The notes under the pieces: model-generated
Database searches by the model: none
What the model saw: only the letters and a program-made list of their open reading frames with translations
Told to the model about the DNA's origin: nothing
Virus record (IMG/VR): IMGVR_UViG_3300020379_000218
Span: 45,564-109,563 of that record
Strand: one strand, 5' to 3'
DNA length: 64,000 bases
Source: a virus
Lineage: Duplodnaviria; Caudoviricetes
Program-made: the position numbers and the translations under genes
Part shown: piece by piece, positions 1-9,820 of the stretch
How positions within the stretch are numbered: the first letter of the stretch is position 1
Layout: each line of letters opens with the position of its first letter

Positions 1-860
1 CAAGAATTGGTATTAACTGGAACAGATACGGCGGAATTAAAATGTATCAAACAACTCACTCAAATGGTGGACACTCTTGTACACACATTTTAGATGGTGA
101 AGGATATATGTGGTTCACAGGTTATACAACTTCAGGCGCTTGGCCGATTGGTTCTCCTGGTTATACAGGAACACACCACATTGGTTCATTCAGAAGAGAA
201 GGTCACTTCTTAAATGGTGATATTGATTACTTCTGGTGCGGTGGAGATGAAAACAAATGGTTATATATCAGACAGAAAACTACTGGTATGTTATGGGTCC
301 ACGATGGTAACTACGGAACAGATGGTGGTCGTGGTCAATCAGTTGAGTCCAATGGATATTGGTATCAATCAGGTGGTCACCCAGGAAGTTTCTTACATAT
401 GAAAGGTCCTAAATGGGCAGTCAATGTATGTGATGTAGGTATGAGTAGAGCTGATGGTTCTTATATGTACTCTTTCCCAATGATACTTGATGACGAAGGT
501 TTAATTTGGGGTGGTGCTCCATATTCAAACAATGAACACGGTTTAGGTGGAGATTCATCTAATAGTGACCAATGGACAAACGGTGGTAGAAACGATACAC
601 AAGGTGCAATGGAAGACAATGAAATGTTTAGAACAAGAAAAAGAATTGTATTCCAACCTGCCGGTGGACATAGATGGACAGATTTATTCTATTCAGGAAC
701 TGGTTCTTCAAATATACCAAGAGCTCTTAACCAAAGAGGTCAAGTATACTGGACTGGTTATGACGGAAGTACTTCGGTAACTCAACACTACGATTATTAT
801 TCAGAAGGTGCTGATAGTAACCAGGCACAATACTTCTTCCACTTGGGTCCTAGAGACTAA
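1..860 (+). CDS. C-terminal part of a Gly/Trp/Tyr-rich repeat (RCC1-like beta-propeller) protein, probably virion structural; 5'-truncated
   Basis: Frame open from position 3 (RIGINWNRYGGIKM...); recurring blade-like motifs ILDGEGYMWFTGY, ILDDEGLIWGG, LNQRGQVYWTGY. Confidence 0.5.
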   Translation, partial: RIGINWNRYGGIKMYQTTHSNGGHSCTHILDGEGYMWFTGYTTSGAWPIGSPGYTGTHHIGSFRREGHFLNGDIDYFWCGGDENKWLYIRQKTTGMLWVHDGNYGTDGGRGQSVESNGYWYQSGGHPGSFLHMKGPKWAVNVCDVGMSRADGSYMYSFPMILDDEGLIWGGAPYSNNEHGLGGDSSNSDQWTNGGRNDTQGAMEDNEMFRTRKRIVFQPAGGHRWTDLFYSGTGSSNIPRALNQRGQVYWTGYDGSTSVTQHYDYYSEGADSNQAQYFFHLGPRD

Positions 861-868
861 TATAAATA
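861..868 (+). promoter_or_regulatory. T4-type late promoter upstream of the heme/bilin cassette
   Basis: Exact TATAAATA right after the stop codon, followed by hairpin AAGACTT-AAT-AAGTCTT (879-895). Confidence 0.7.
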
Positions 869-913
869 ATTATACAATAAGACTTAATAAGTCTTTTACA
901 TTAAACAATTGAG

Positions 914-1699
914 GTGAAAATGCAGGAAGTAGAAAAGTTTGTAGAACTGGCTCGTAAGAAGTTTGATTCACAACCATTCATAGAAGACTATCTAAATAAA
1001 AAACTTAAATACAAAGAACTTGTTGGTACATACTTGTACAATCAATGGGTCTATACTTGTCAAATAGAAGGACTATGCAAAGACGCAGGTCTACTTGAAG
1101 ACATAAAAGAAATTTGTATTAAAGAAAATCTAGCAGAAGCGTGGAAAGCAGAATGGCCTTATGACGCTGACGATATATCAAAACCTTGGGTAGAACCATC
1201 TGTAATGTACGCAACGCAAAGTTGGTGTGATGAGATACACAAGATAAAAGAAAATAAAGATTTATTACTTGCACATTTATATGCTTCGCATAGTGAGATA
1301 ATGGTTAATCAAGGCACTTCTGTCCTCAAAGAAAGACTTACAAAAAAATTTGAAGAAGCATATAAGAATAACGCTGACGCAATGTTAGAAGTTGTTAAGT
1401 TATCTTGGGACTTTAAAATTAATCTCGCACACGATTTAGAAGCACACAAAGACCATATGGAAGAAGTCTTACCTAGAATTGCAATGTTTAAAATTGCAGC
1501 CAAAGAGATTAGTGAAGATAAAAGTGGTATCAATGATTTATCTGCTGGCGCTAGAGACGAGGCAGAAGATAATAGAATAAGAGCTGAATTGATGGCAAAC
1601 CAAGTGTGGGTTAAAGAAATGGATGTCAATGATGTACCTGAAGAATATAAAGCAGATGTACAAGCAGAATTGAAAAAACGAGAAGTTGCTAATAAATGA
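914..1699 (+). CDS. Heme oxygenase-fold protein, catalytically degenerate paralog
   Basis: Aligns by eye with the next ORF (SQPF/RQHF, YLYNQ/YLFNQ, LLAHLY/IAAHIY) but has Arg at the proximal His position and no GDLSGG; GTG start with GAGG overlap. Confidence 0.6.
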   Translation: MKMQEVEKFVELARKKFDSQPFIEDYLNKKLKYKELVGTYLYNQWVYTCQIEGLCKDAGLLEDIKEICIKENLAEAWKAEWPYDADDISKPWVEPSVMYATQSWCDEIHKIKENKDLLLAHLYASHSEIMVNQGTSVLKERLTKKFEEAYKNNADAMLEVVKLSWDFKINLAHDLEAHKDHMEEVLPRIAMFKIAAKEISEDKSGINDLSAGARDEAEDNRIRAELMANQVWVKEMDVNDVPEEYKADVQAELKKREVANK

Positions 1700-2355
1700 A
1701 AACATTAAAAGAACTTACTTGGGAACATCACAAAGAAGCAGAAAGACAACACTTTGTTAAAGTATTAATGTCAGGTAAAATATTAGAAGAAGTCTACGCT
1801 GTTTATCTATTCAATCAACATCAAGCATATAACATATTAGAAGCGATAGCAATGTCGGAAGGTTTCTTTGATGATATGCCACAATTAAGAAGAGCACCTG
1901 AAATAAAAAAAGACTTTGATGAATTGTGGACTTGGAATCATCAACCTTGGTTATGTGAAAGTACAAAGAGATATGTTTATCATTGTCAAAATGAATTGAT
2001 GGACTCTCCTGAAAAAATAGCTGCACACATATATGTTAGACATATGGGAGACTTATCTGGTGGTCAAATGATTAAAAGAAAAACACCAGGTAGTAATAAA
2101 TATTACGATTTCAATTTTAAAAAAATTGATGATGGAGTACAAAGATATAAAAGTGTACAAGAACTAAAAGACGCATTAAGATTAAAAGTGGATAGTTATC
2201 AAAAGTATTCAGACGCAAGTACACTAACAGAAAATGTAAATAATGTTGTATACGAAGCAAGAGTTTGTTTTAGTTTTGCAACAGAATTATTTAAAGAAAT
2301 GATGAGTTTTATTAAAAATAATGAAAAGAGGTTTGGCGATGGAACGAAGAAGTAG
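1696..2355 (+). CDS. hemO: Heme oxygenase
   Basis: LKELTWEHHKEAE proximal-His helix; AHIYVRHMGDLSGGQMI distal helix; EARVCF. Confidence 0.93.
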   Translation: MKTLKELTWEHHKEAERQHFVKVLMSGKILEEVYAVYLFNQHQAYNILEAIAMSEGFFDDMPQLRRAPEIKKDFDELWTWNHQPWLCESTKRYVYHCQNELMDSPEKIAAHIYVRHMGDLSGGQMIKRKTPGSNKYYDFNFKKIDDGVQRYKSVQELKDALRLKVDSYQKYSDASTLTENVNNVVYEARVCFSFATELFKEMMSFIKNNEKRFGDGTKK

Positions 2356-3040
2356 AATATGGGAAATGCTAGAGCAACACACTCATAGCATTATTGCAAA
2401 TTTTGAAAGAGAAGGTGAAGAAATATTTGAACCTACAATGAAGAAGTTTAATAGACCAGAAGAAGGTTGGGTCAATAGAGTATGGGCAACACCAGAGGCA
2501 AGAAGATGTCATTTAGATGTTGTTGACGCTAGAGACGAAAAAGGTTTATATATGTTTCATTGTTGTGTATTTCCTAAACTTACAAGTACTGCGCCAATAT
2601 ATGGATTAGATGTAATCGCTGGTGCAAAAAAGGTTACAGGTTTCTTCCACGACTTTTCGCCACTTGCAAAGAAAGACCACTCAATGGTAGATTGGTTTGT
2701 AAAAGAAGCAAGTCTTTATACACCATCAAAACCTAGACCATTACCTGATTGGGCAATGAAAATTTTTAGTCCAGGTATGATTGCAGCTGGTAATATTAAT
2801 ACAGAAAAAGAATTGACACAAGCATTAAGTATGGCACAATCTAACTTAGGAGTTTATTTCACTTTATTAAGAAGAGAAAAAGAACAAGGAGATATACAGG
2901 AAATAAAAGACGCACAAAATAGATACGCAAAACATCAACGAGAAAATCCTCATACTCCTAGAGTTATGTTAAGTTTAGGATTGCCAGAAGATGATGTTAA
3001 AGAGTTTTGTTCAGACGCCTTATTCCCATATGTAGAATAA
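2339..3040 (+). CDS. pcyX: Ferredoxin-dependent bilin reductase, PcyX-like
   Basis: WVNRVW, RRCHLDVVD, HCCVFP, PIYGLDVIAG, FHDFSP, QNRYAKHQRENPHT motifs; sits between hemO and hemA. Confidence 0.85.
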   Translation: MERRSRIWEMLEQHTHSIIANFEREGEEIFEPTMKKFNRPEEGWVNRVWATPEARRCHLDVVDARDEKGLYMFHCCVFPKLTSTAPIYGLDVIAGAKKVTGFFHDFSPLAKKDHSMVDWFVKEASLYTPSKPRPLPDWAMKIFSPGMIAAGNINTEKELTQALSMAQSNLGVYFTLLRREKEQGDIQEIKDAQNRYAKHQRENPHTPRVMLSLGLPEDDVKEFCSDALFPYVE

Positions 3041-4233
3041 TGGAACATTTAGATAAATTTAAGGCAGTAATAAAAGATTTAAAAGATGACGGTAGATACC
3101 GTGTCTTCAATGATATTCTACGAACTAGAGGCGATTATCCTAACGCAATCTGGTATTCAAAATACTCAATCAAAAAAATAGTTAACTGGTGTTCAAATGA
3201 TTATCTAGGTATGGGACAACACTCTTATGTGCTAGATAGTATGAAAACAGCACTGGAGACGAGCGGAGCGGGCGCTGGAGGGACGAGAAACATATCCGGC
3301 ACTACTCACTATCACATTGCTTTAGAACACGAATTAACTCAATTACACAAGAAAGAAAGTGCGTTATTATTCACTTCAGCATACAATGCTAATCAAACAA
3401 CTTTAGAAACAATGGGCAAGATTATGCCTGACTTGTTGTTTATATCAGACGCACAAAATCACTCTTCAATCATACAAGGTTTAAGGCATAGTAAATGTAG
3501 AAAAGAAATATTTAAACATAATGATGTACAAGATTTAGAAAGTATATTAATGTCTAACCCAGGACCTAAATGTGTTGTATTTGAAAGTGTATATTCTATG
3601 GACGGTGATATTGCACCTGTAAAAGAAATTGTTGAAGTATGTAAAAAATATAATGCAATAACTTTTATAGATGAAGTACACGCTGTTGGTCTTTACGGTC
3701 CTACAGGTGCTGGTATTTGTGAGAGAGACGGTATTGAAGTAGATATTATTAACGGAACATTAGCCAAGGCCTACGGTGTACAAGGTGGATACATTGCAGG
3801 AAAGAGAGAGTTTATAGACGCAATAAGAAGTATGGCAAGTGCGTTTATATTTACAACTAGTTTATCTCCAGTATTATGCGCTGGTGCATTGACTAGTATA
3901 AAATATGTCAAAGACCATCCTGAATTAAGAATGAAATTACAGGAGAGAGCATTAAAAACAAAAGAAGAACTTGAAAGAATAGGTATAGAAGTGATGAAAA
4001 ACGATAGTCATATTGTACCTGTAATTATAGGTGACGCTAAAAAATGTAAAGCAGTTTCAGATGAATTACTTTACAAAAATGGTATCTATGTTCAACCAAT
4101 TAATTATCCTACGGTTGCTGTTGGTACTGAAAGATTAAGATTTACTCCAACACCATTTCATACAGACGCAATGATATTTGATATGGTAGTTAAAGTAAAA
4201 TCTGCTATGAGAAGATGTGGCAATAAGAAATGA
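3040..4233 (+). CDS. hemA: 5-aminolevulinate synthase (Shemin/C4 pathway)
   Basis: NWCSNDYLGM, GAGAGGTRNISGT, DEVHAVGLYG, GTLAKAYG (PLP Lys), YVQPINYPTV; TAATG coupling to pcyX. Confidence 0.95.
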   Translation: MEHLDKFKAVIKDLKDDGRYRVFNDILRTRGDYPNAIWYSKYSIKKIVNWCSNDYLGMGQHSYVLDSMKTALETSGAGAGGTRNISGTTHYHIALEHELTQLHKKESALLFTSAYNANQTTLETMGKIMPDLLFISDAQNHSSIIQGLRHSKCRKEIFKHNDVQDLESILMSNPGPKCVVFESVYSMDGDIAPVKEIVEVCKKYNAITFIDEVHAVGLYGPTGAGICERDGIEVDIINGTLAKAYGVQGGYIAGKREFIDAIRSMASAFIFTTSLSPVLCAGALTSIKYVKDHPELRMKLQERALKTKEELERIGIEVMKNDSHIVPVIIGDAKKCKAVSDELLYKNGIYVQPINYPTVAVGTERLRFTPTPFHTDAMIFDMVVKVKSAMRRCGNKK

Positions 4234-4424
4234 ATATAACAGAAGAGATTGATTGGTTAATTGTTGATGGTGCAAACGGATTAGAAATCTTATGGTTTAT
4301 GTTAAAACACGAACCATTTTTACAAGGACTCATAGTTTTCGGCATATTGTTAGTGATATTGTGTTGGTATTTAGATAAAAAAGACGATAAAGACACGAAA
4401 TGGGATTGCGACCCTCACGGATAA
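4230..4424 (+). CDS. Small single-pass membrane protein
   Basis: Hydrophobic stretch FLQGLIVFGILLVILCWYL; ATGA overlap with hemA. Confidence 0.55.
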   Translation: MNITEEIDWLIVDGANGLEILWFMLKHEPFLQGLIVFGILLVILCWYLDKKDDKDTKWDCDPHG

Positions 4425-4425
4425 T

Positions 4426-4433
4426 TATAAATA
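4426..4433 (+). promoter_or_regulatory. Late promoter for neck genes
   Basis: Exact TATAAATA upstream of gp13. Confidence 0.8.
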
Positions 4434-4458
4434 TTGCTAAAAGATAAAGGAAATAACT

Positions 4459-5265
4459 ATGGCTCAACCTAATACAAGACAGACACTTATCGCATATGCT
4501 AAACGAGCATTAGGGCATCCTGTTATTGAGATTAATGTAGATGATGACCAAATAGATGATAGAGTTGACGAAGCACTACAATACTATCAACAATATCACT
4601 ATGACGGTATCAAAAGAGTATACTTAAAATACGAATACACTCAAACAGACAAAACTAGAATACTAGCAGATAGCTCAGAAGGTGCAACAAAAAATTCTGT
4701 AACCACAACTTGGAAATCAGGCAACAACTATATCGTTGTACCTGAAAGTGTAATATCGGTTACAAACATATTTCCTTTTTCTAATAAAGGAAACTTAAAC
4801 TTATTTGATGTAAGATACCAATTAAGATTAAATGACCTTTATGATTTTTCATCTACAAGTGTTATTAACTATGACATTGTGATGAGACAATTAGATTTCC
4901 TAGACCATATATTAGTTGGTGAAAAACCATTAAGATTTAATCAACACGACAATAGATTATACATTGATATGGACTGGGCAAACGATTTACAAGTCGGTGA
5001 GTATCTAGTAATTGACGCATATAGAAAATTAGACCCAGACACTTATACAGATGTATATGATGATATATGGTTGAAGAGATACACAACTGCATTAGTAAAA
5101 AAACAATGGGGTGCCAACCTATCAAAATTTAATGGAGTAGCAATGATTGGTGGAGTTACCTTGAACGGACAACAAATTTATTCTGAAGCATTACAAGATG
5201 TTGAAAAACTTGAAACTGAAATCAGAAATTCGTTTGAGTTAAACCCAGCAATGTTAATAGGATAA
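4459..5265 (+). CDS. gp13: Neck protein gp13
   Basis: RALGHPVIEINVDDDQIDDRVDEAL, KQWGANLSKF, GGVTLNG; T4 synteny. Confidence 0.93.
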   Translation: MAQPNTRQTLIAYAKRALGHPVIEINVDDDQIDDRVDEALQYYQQYHYDGIKRVYLKYEYTQTDKTRILADSSEGATKNSVTTTWKSGNNYIVVPESVISVTNIFPFSNKGNLNLFDVRYQLRLNDLYDFSSTSVINYDIVMRQLDFLDHILVGEKPLRFNQHDNRLYIDMDWANDLQVGEYLVIDAYRKLDPDTYTDVYDDIWLKRYTTALVKKQWGANLSKFNGVAMIGGVTLNGQQIYSEALQDVEKLETEIRNSFELNPAMLIG

Positions 5266-5272
5266 AAATACA

Positions 5273-6112
5273 ATGGCCGTTAATCATTACTTTCAAGGCG
5301 GCGATGGCATAGGTAGTCAAAATGAGAAAAGATTAATAGAAGATTTAATCGTTGAAAATTTAAAAATCTATGGTCACGCTGTTTACTATTTACCTAGGAC
5401 TCTAGTCAATAGAGATTTAATTTTAGGCGAAGATTCTGCGTCTAGGTTTGATGAGTCATATCTAGTTGAAATGTACTTTGAAACGGTTGAAGGATTCCAA
5501 GGCGAACAAGAAATAATTAGTAAGTTTGGTTTAGAAGTTAGAGACGATACAACTTTTGTAATTGCGAAGAGAAGATTCCAAGAACAAGTTGATGACCCAG
5601 CAAACTTAATGGTAGATGGTAGACCTAACGAAGGTGATGTAATTTACTATCCTTTAATGAATAAGTTTTTTGAAGTTGCGTTTGTAGAAGACCAGGAACC
5701 TTTCTTTCAATTAGGAAACTTACCTGTATACAAATTAAGATGTAAAACTTTTGAATATTCTAGTGAAGAATTTAATACTGGTGTTTCTGATATTGATACT
5801 GCTGATGATAGAAAATCACTTGATACAAGTTTACAACATCAATTCAGACTTGAAGATGGTACATTAAATCAATCTTCATACAATGGTTTCTTATTATTAG
5901 AAACAGGAGACAAACACGGTAATCCACAATACTTAATTAATGAAGACTATGACGACACTACTACAGACGGAGACGCCGCTACAAGTATACAAACTAAATC
6001 TGTATATGCTGATAATTTAGATTTAGATACTGAAGCAGGTTTTGATACTGCAACGGTTTCAGATGACATATTAGACTTTACAGAAAGCAACCCATTTGGA
6101 GATGTTAAATAA
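5273..6112 (+). CDS. gp14: Neck protein gp14
   Basis: EQEIISKFGLEVRDD, RPNEGDVIYYP, EPFFQLG; synteny. Confidence 0.93.
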   Translation: MAVNHYFQGGDGIGSQNEKRLIEDLIVENLKIYGHAVYYLPRTLVNRDLILGEDSASRFDESYLVEMYFETVEGFQGEQEIISKFGLEVRDDTTFVIAKRRFQEQVDDPANLMVDGRPNEGDVIYYPLMNKFFEVAFVEDQEPFFQLGNLPVYKLRCKTFEYSSEEFNTGVSDIDTADDRKSLDTSLQHQFRLEDGTLNQSSYNGFLLLETGDKHGNPQYLINEDYDDTTTDGDAATSIQTKSVYADNLDLDTEAGFDTATVSDDILDFTESNPFGDVK

Positions 6113-6924
6113 TGTTCGGTACACATTTTTATAACGAAGGATTAAGAAAGTTAACTATTGCGTTTGGTCAAATCTTTAATAAGATTGTAGTACAAACTAA
6201 AGACGCAAATGATAGTGTTGTAAAAAGATTTACGGTGCCTCTTGCATATGCACCAAAAGAAAAGTTTATTACAAGATTAACTCAACAACCAGATTTACAA
6301 GACCAACAATTTTCAACTATATTACCTCGTATGGGTTTTGAAATATCAGGTATACAATATGACCCTAGTAGAAAATTAAATAAACTACAAAAGACAAGAA
6401 CACAAACAGATGAAGGTAATACATCTAATCAACAAAACAAGATGAAGTTTAATTATACTCCTGTACCATATAATATAACTTACTCTTTGTTTATTTTTAC
6501 TGCTACTGCTGAAAATGGTTTACAAATTTTAGAACAAATAGTTCCGTACTTTCAACCTGATTATACGGTTACTATAAATATGATACCAGACTTAAATATC
6601 AAGCGTGATGTACCTATTGTTATAGGTGATATTAATTACGAAGATAATTATGATGGTGACTTTAATACAAGAAGAGCAGTAATTTATACAATTAATTTTA
6701 CTGCAAAAACTTATCTATATGGTCCGTCAACACATCAAGGTGTTGTAAGAAAAGTACAATCAGATTTAGGTTCGGATCCTGTAAATAAAGCAAGAGAAGA
6801 AAGAATTGTAATTACACCAAATCCATCTTCTGCAAAACCAGGTGATGACTTTGGATTTACGACAACTATATCATTCTTTAATGATGGTAAGAAATATGAC
6901 CCATCAACAGGAAGTGATACATAA
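6112..6924 (+). CDS. gp15: Tail sheath stabilizer/terminator gp15
   Basis: VPLAYAPKEKF, LPRMGFE, PVPYN, QILEQIVPYFQP. Confidence 0.93.
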   Translation: MFGTHFYNEGLRKLTIAFGQIFNKIVVQTKDANDSVVKRFTVPLAYAPKEKFITRLTQQPDLQDQQFSTILPRMGFEISGIQYDPSRKLNKLQKTRTQTDEGNTSNQQNKMKFNYTPVPYNITYSLFIFTATAENGLQILEQIVPYFQPDYTVTINMIPDLNIKRDVPIVIGDINYEDNYDGDFNTRRAVIYTINFTAKTYLYGPSTHQGVVRKVQSDLGSDPVNKAREERIVITPNPSSAKPGDDFGFTTTISFFNDGKKYDPSTGSDT

Positions 6925-6936
6925 TGAGAGGCGAAA

Positions 6937-7569
6937 ATGAAACGAGAAGATGTATTAGTAATAGACAATGTTTTACCAGAAGTTGTAAATAATAGTTTCT
7001 GTCAAAACATTTATAGATTAGGTTATATTATATCAATGGATATATTGCCTAGTCAAACAGACAATAAAGGTATTATGAAAGACGATAATACTTTTTCATC
7101 AATGCAAATGGTTCATAGAGTATACTTGCATAACGAACCAGCAAATATGCCAAAAAATCCTGCAATGGAACCAGTAAAACATTCTTTATCTGAAATGGTT
7201 GGTAAAGCAGGTCTGTTAACTAAAGACTTTGATAAAGTAGAATTGTTAAGAGCAAAATTTAATTTAATGTTTCCACATCCTGACTTTAAAGATGGTCAGT
7301 ATAATATGGCACATATTGATGATGAACAAGAAGAGCATTTAGTTTGTATTTACTATCCTGAAGATACAGATGGTGATACAATATTGTTCAATGAGTTTTT
7401 TAATAAAGATAAGAAACCAGAAAAACTAACTATTCATAAGAGGGTTACACCAAAAGCAAATCGTTGTGTAATATTTAATGGTTGGAGATTTCACGCAAGT
7501 AGTAATCCAGTTGCATATAATAAACGAATAGTTTTAAATACAAATTTTAGGATAACAAACAATGGGTAA
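6937..7569 (+). CDS. 2OG-Fe(II) oxygenase family protein
   Basis: HxD (AHID), distal His (RFHAS), RIVLN. Confidence 0.75.
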   Translation: MKREDVLVIDNVLPEVVNNSFCQNIYRLGYIISMDILPSQTDNKGIMKDDNTFSSMQMVHRVYLHNEPANMPKNPAMEPVKHSLSEMVGKAGLLTKDFDKVELLRAKFNLMFPHPDFKDGQYNMAHIDDEQEEHLVCIYYPEDTDGDTILFNEFFNKDKKPEKLTIHKRVTPKANRCVIFNGWRFHASSNPVAYNKRIVLNTNFRITNNG

Positions 7570-8050
7570 ACTAGAAGACAAAGTAAATGATATTTTAGGT
7601 ATCAAAGAAGAGAGTACTCCTGTATCAGATTTAATGATACAAGAGAAACAAGTACCTGTGCCTAGAAATGAAGACCCAAAGAAAGACGATATAGATAACG
7701 ATTACAAATATAGTAGAGAGAACTATTATAATTTAATTGAAAGAGGACAAGACGCAATACAAGGCATTTTAGATGTTGCAAAAGAAGGGCAACACCCTAG
7801 AGCATACGAAGTCGCTGGTGCATTAATTAAAAATGTAGCCGACACCGTTGATAAATTACAAGACTTACAAAGTAAATTATCTAAACTAAAAGATGTACCA
7901 AATAAGACAACTAACAATATTAAAAATGCTTTGTTTGTAGGTTCTACAGCAGAATTACAAAAACATTTAAAAGATAAAAAGTTTGACGAAAACAATAGAG
8001 ATACTAAAGACGACCCTTTCAAAGGTACTACTATTGAAGGCAAAGATTAA
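7562..8050 (+). CDS. gp16: Terminase small subunit gp16
   Basis: DYKYSRENYY, HPRAYEV, ALFVGSTAELQK. Confidence 0.93.
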   Translation: MGKLEDKVNDILGIKEESTPVSDLMIQEKQVPVPRNEDPKKDDIDNDYKYSRENYYNLIERGQDAIQGILDVAKEGQHPRAYEVAGALIKNVADTVDKLQDLQSKLSKLKDVPNKTTNNIKNALFVGSTAELQKHLKDKKFDENNRDTKDDPFKGTTIEGKD

Positions 8051-8052
8051 TT

Positions 8053-9684
8053 ATGAGTACAGACGCATATTTAGGCAACCCTAATCTAAAGAAAGTAAAC
8101 ACACCACAAGAGTTTACTGCTGAAGAGATTAGCGAATTTAAAAAATGTGAAAAGGATCCGTTATACTTTATGATGAAGTATGTACAGATTGTTTCACTTG
8201 ACGAAGGTTTAGTGCCTTTTAATATGTACGACTTTCAAAAGAAGATTGTAGAAACTATACATAATAATAGATTTACAATTTGCAAACTACCTAGACAATC
8301 AGGTAAATCAACAACAACGATTTCGTATCTATTACATTATGCGTTATTTAATCCTAATTGTAATATTGCAATTCTTGCCAACAAATCTTCAACTGCAAGA
8401 GATATATTAGGTAGACTACAACTTGCATATGAGAACTTACCAAAGTGGTTACAACAAGGCGTATTAAACTGGAACAAAGGTAATATAGAATTAGAGAATG
8501 GAAGTAAAGTAGTAGCAGCCGCAACATCTTCAAGTGCTGTCCGAGGAGGTTCATATAACATTATCTTCCTTGACGAGTTTGCTTTCGTACCTACAACTAT
8601 TGCCGAACAATTTTTTAGTTCCGTTTATCCTACAATTACTTCTGGTAAATCAACTAAAGTAATTATTGTATCAACTCCACACGGAATGAATCAATTCTAT
8701 AAATTGTGGGTTGACGCTGAAAACGGACAAAACGATTATGTACCGATTGAAGTACACTGGTCAGAAGTACCAGGTAGAGACGCAAAGTGGAAAGAAGAGA
8801 CAATAAGAAACACTAGTGAAAGTCAATTTGCTAGTGAGTTTGAGTGTGAATTTTTAGGTAGTATTGATACACTAATCAGTCCTGCTAAAATCAAAGCGAC
8901 ACCGTATAAAACACCACTTAAAACAAATGGACGATTGAGTATCTTTGAAGAACCTGTAAAAGGCCATACTTACTTATGTACGGTTGATGTTGCCAGAGGT
9001 ACACTAAAAGATTTCTCAGCATTTATTATATTTGATGTAACCGAATTACCATATAGAGTTGTTGCAACATTTAGAGACAATGAGATTAAACCTATATTGT
9101 TTCCTGAAATGATTGCGAAAGTCTGTACACAATATAACAAAGCACACATACTTGTTGAAGTTAACGATATTGGTGCTCAGATTTCAGATGGTTTACATTT
9201 TGAAATAGAGTATGACAATATATTAATGACTACACAAAAAGGTAGAGCAGGTCAAATACTAGGTGCTATGTTTAGTCAAAGAGGTTCACAATTAGGTGTT
9301 CGTATGACTAAACAAATTAAGAAGATGGGAACTGCAAACATTAAAGCGATTATTGAGAGTGATAAACTCGTTATCAATGACTTTAATATTGTAGGTGAAA
9401 TGTCTACTTACACAAGAAAAAATCAATCTTGGCAAGCAGAAGAAGGCTGTAATGACGACTATATGACTTGTTTAGTTATATTAGGTTGGGTTGCAAACCA
9501 AAGATATTTCAAAGAAATGACTGATAGAAATATCAGAGCAGAAATGTACAAAGAGCAAGAGAAGTTAATTGAGCAAGATATGGCACCATTTGGGTTCGTA
9601 GATGATGGTACTCCTGAAGAAGAAAAACCGTTTTCAGACGAATATGGTCAGGTCTGGCATCCCGTGGTACGCAAAGGAAGTTAA
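8053..9684 (+). CDS. gp17: Terminase large subunit gp17
   Basis: YLGNPNLK, PRQSGKST Walker A, IIFLDEFAF Walker B, VSTPHG, nuclease DVARG and NDD. Confidence 0.97.
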   Translation: MSTDAYLGNPNLKKVNTPQEFTAEEISEFKKCEKDPLYFMMKYVQIVSLDEGLVPFNMYDFQKKIVETIHNNRFTICKLPRQSGKSTTTISYLLHYALFNPNCNIAILANKSSTARDILGRLQLAYENLPKWLQQGVLNWNKGNIELENGSKVVAAATSSSAVRGGSYNIIFLDEFAFVPTTIAEQFFSSVYPTITSGKSTKVIIVSTPHGMNQFYKLWVDAENGQNDYVPIEVHWSEVPGRDAKWKEETIRNTSESQFASEFECEFLGSIDTLISPAKIKATPYKTPLKTNGRLSIFEEPVKGHTYLCTVDVARGTLKDFSAFIIFDVTELPYRVVATFRDNEIKPILFPEMIAKVCTQYNKAHILVEVNDIGAQISDGLHFEIEYDNILMTTQKGRAGQILGAMFSQRGSQLGVRMTKQIKKMGTANIKAIIESDKLVINDFNIVGEMSTYTRKNQSWQAEEGCNDDYMTCLVILGWVANQRYFKEMTDRNIRAEMYKEQEKLIEQDMAPFGFVDDGTPEEEKPFSDEYGQVWHPVVRKGS

Positions 9685-9820
9685 TGAAGATCCCCTATTT
9701 CATAAATATAAACGATTGAGAAATTTGAATATGGGCGTATGAATAATACGAATTTTGAACAAAGGTAAACATTATGTATTTTTATAAAAATACAAACAAT
9801 AAAATAGAGGAGAAAACCTA

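Noticed and set aside
1696-1730. HemO N-terminus MKTLKELTWE as a capsid-targeting sequence
   Set aside because: It is the ordinary proximal helix of heme oxygenases
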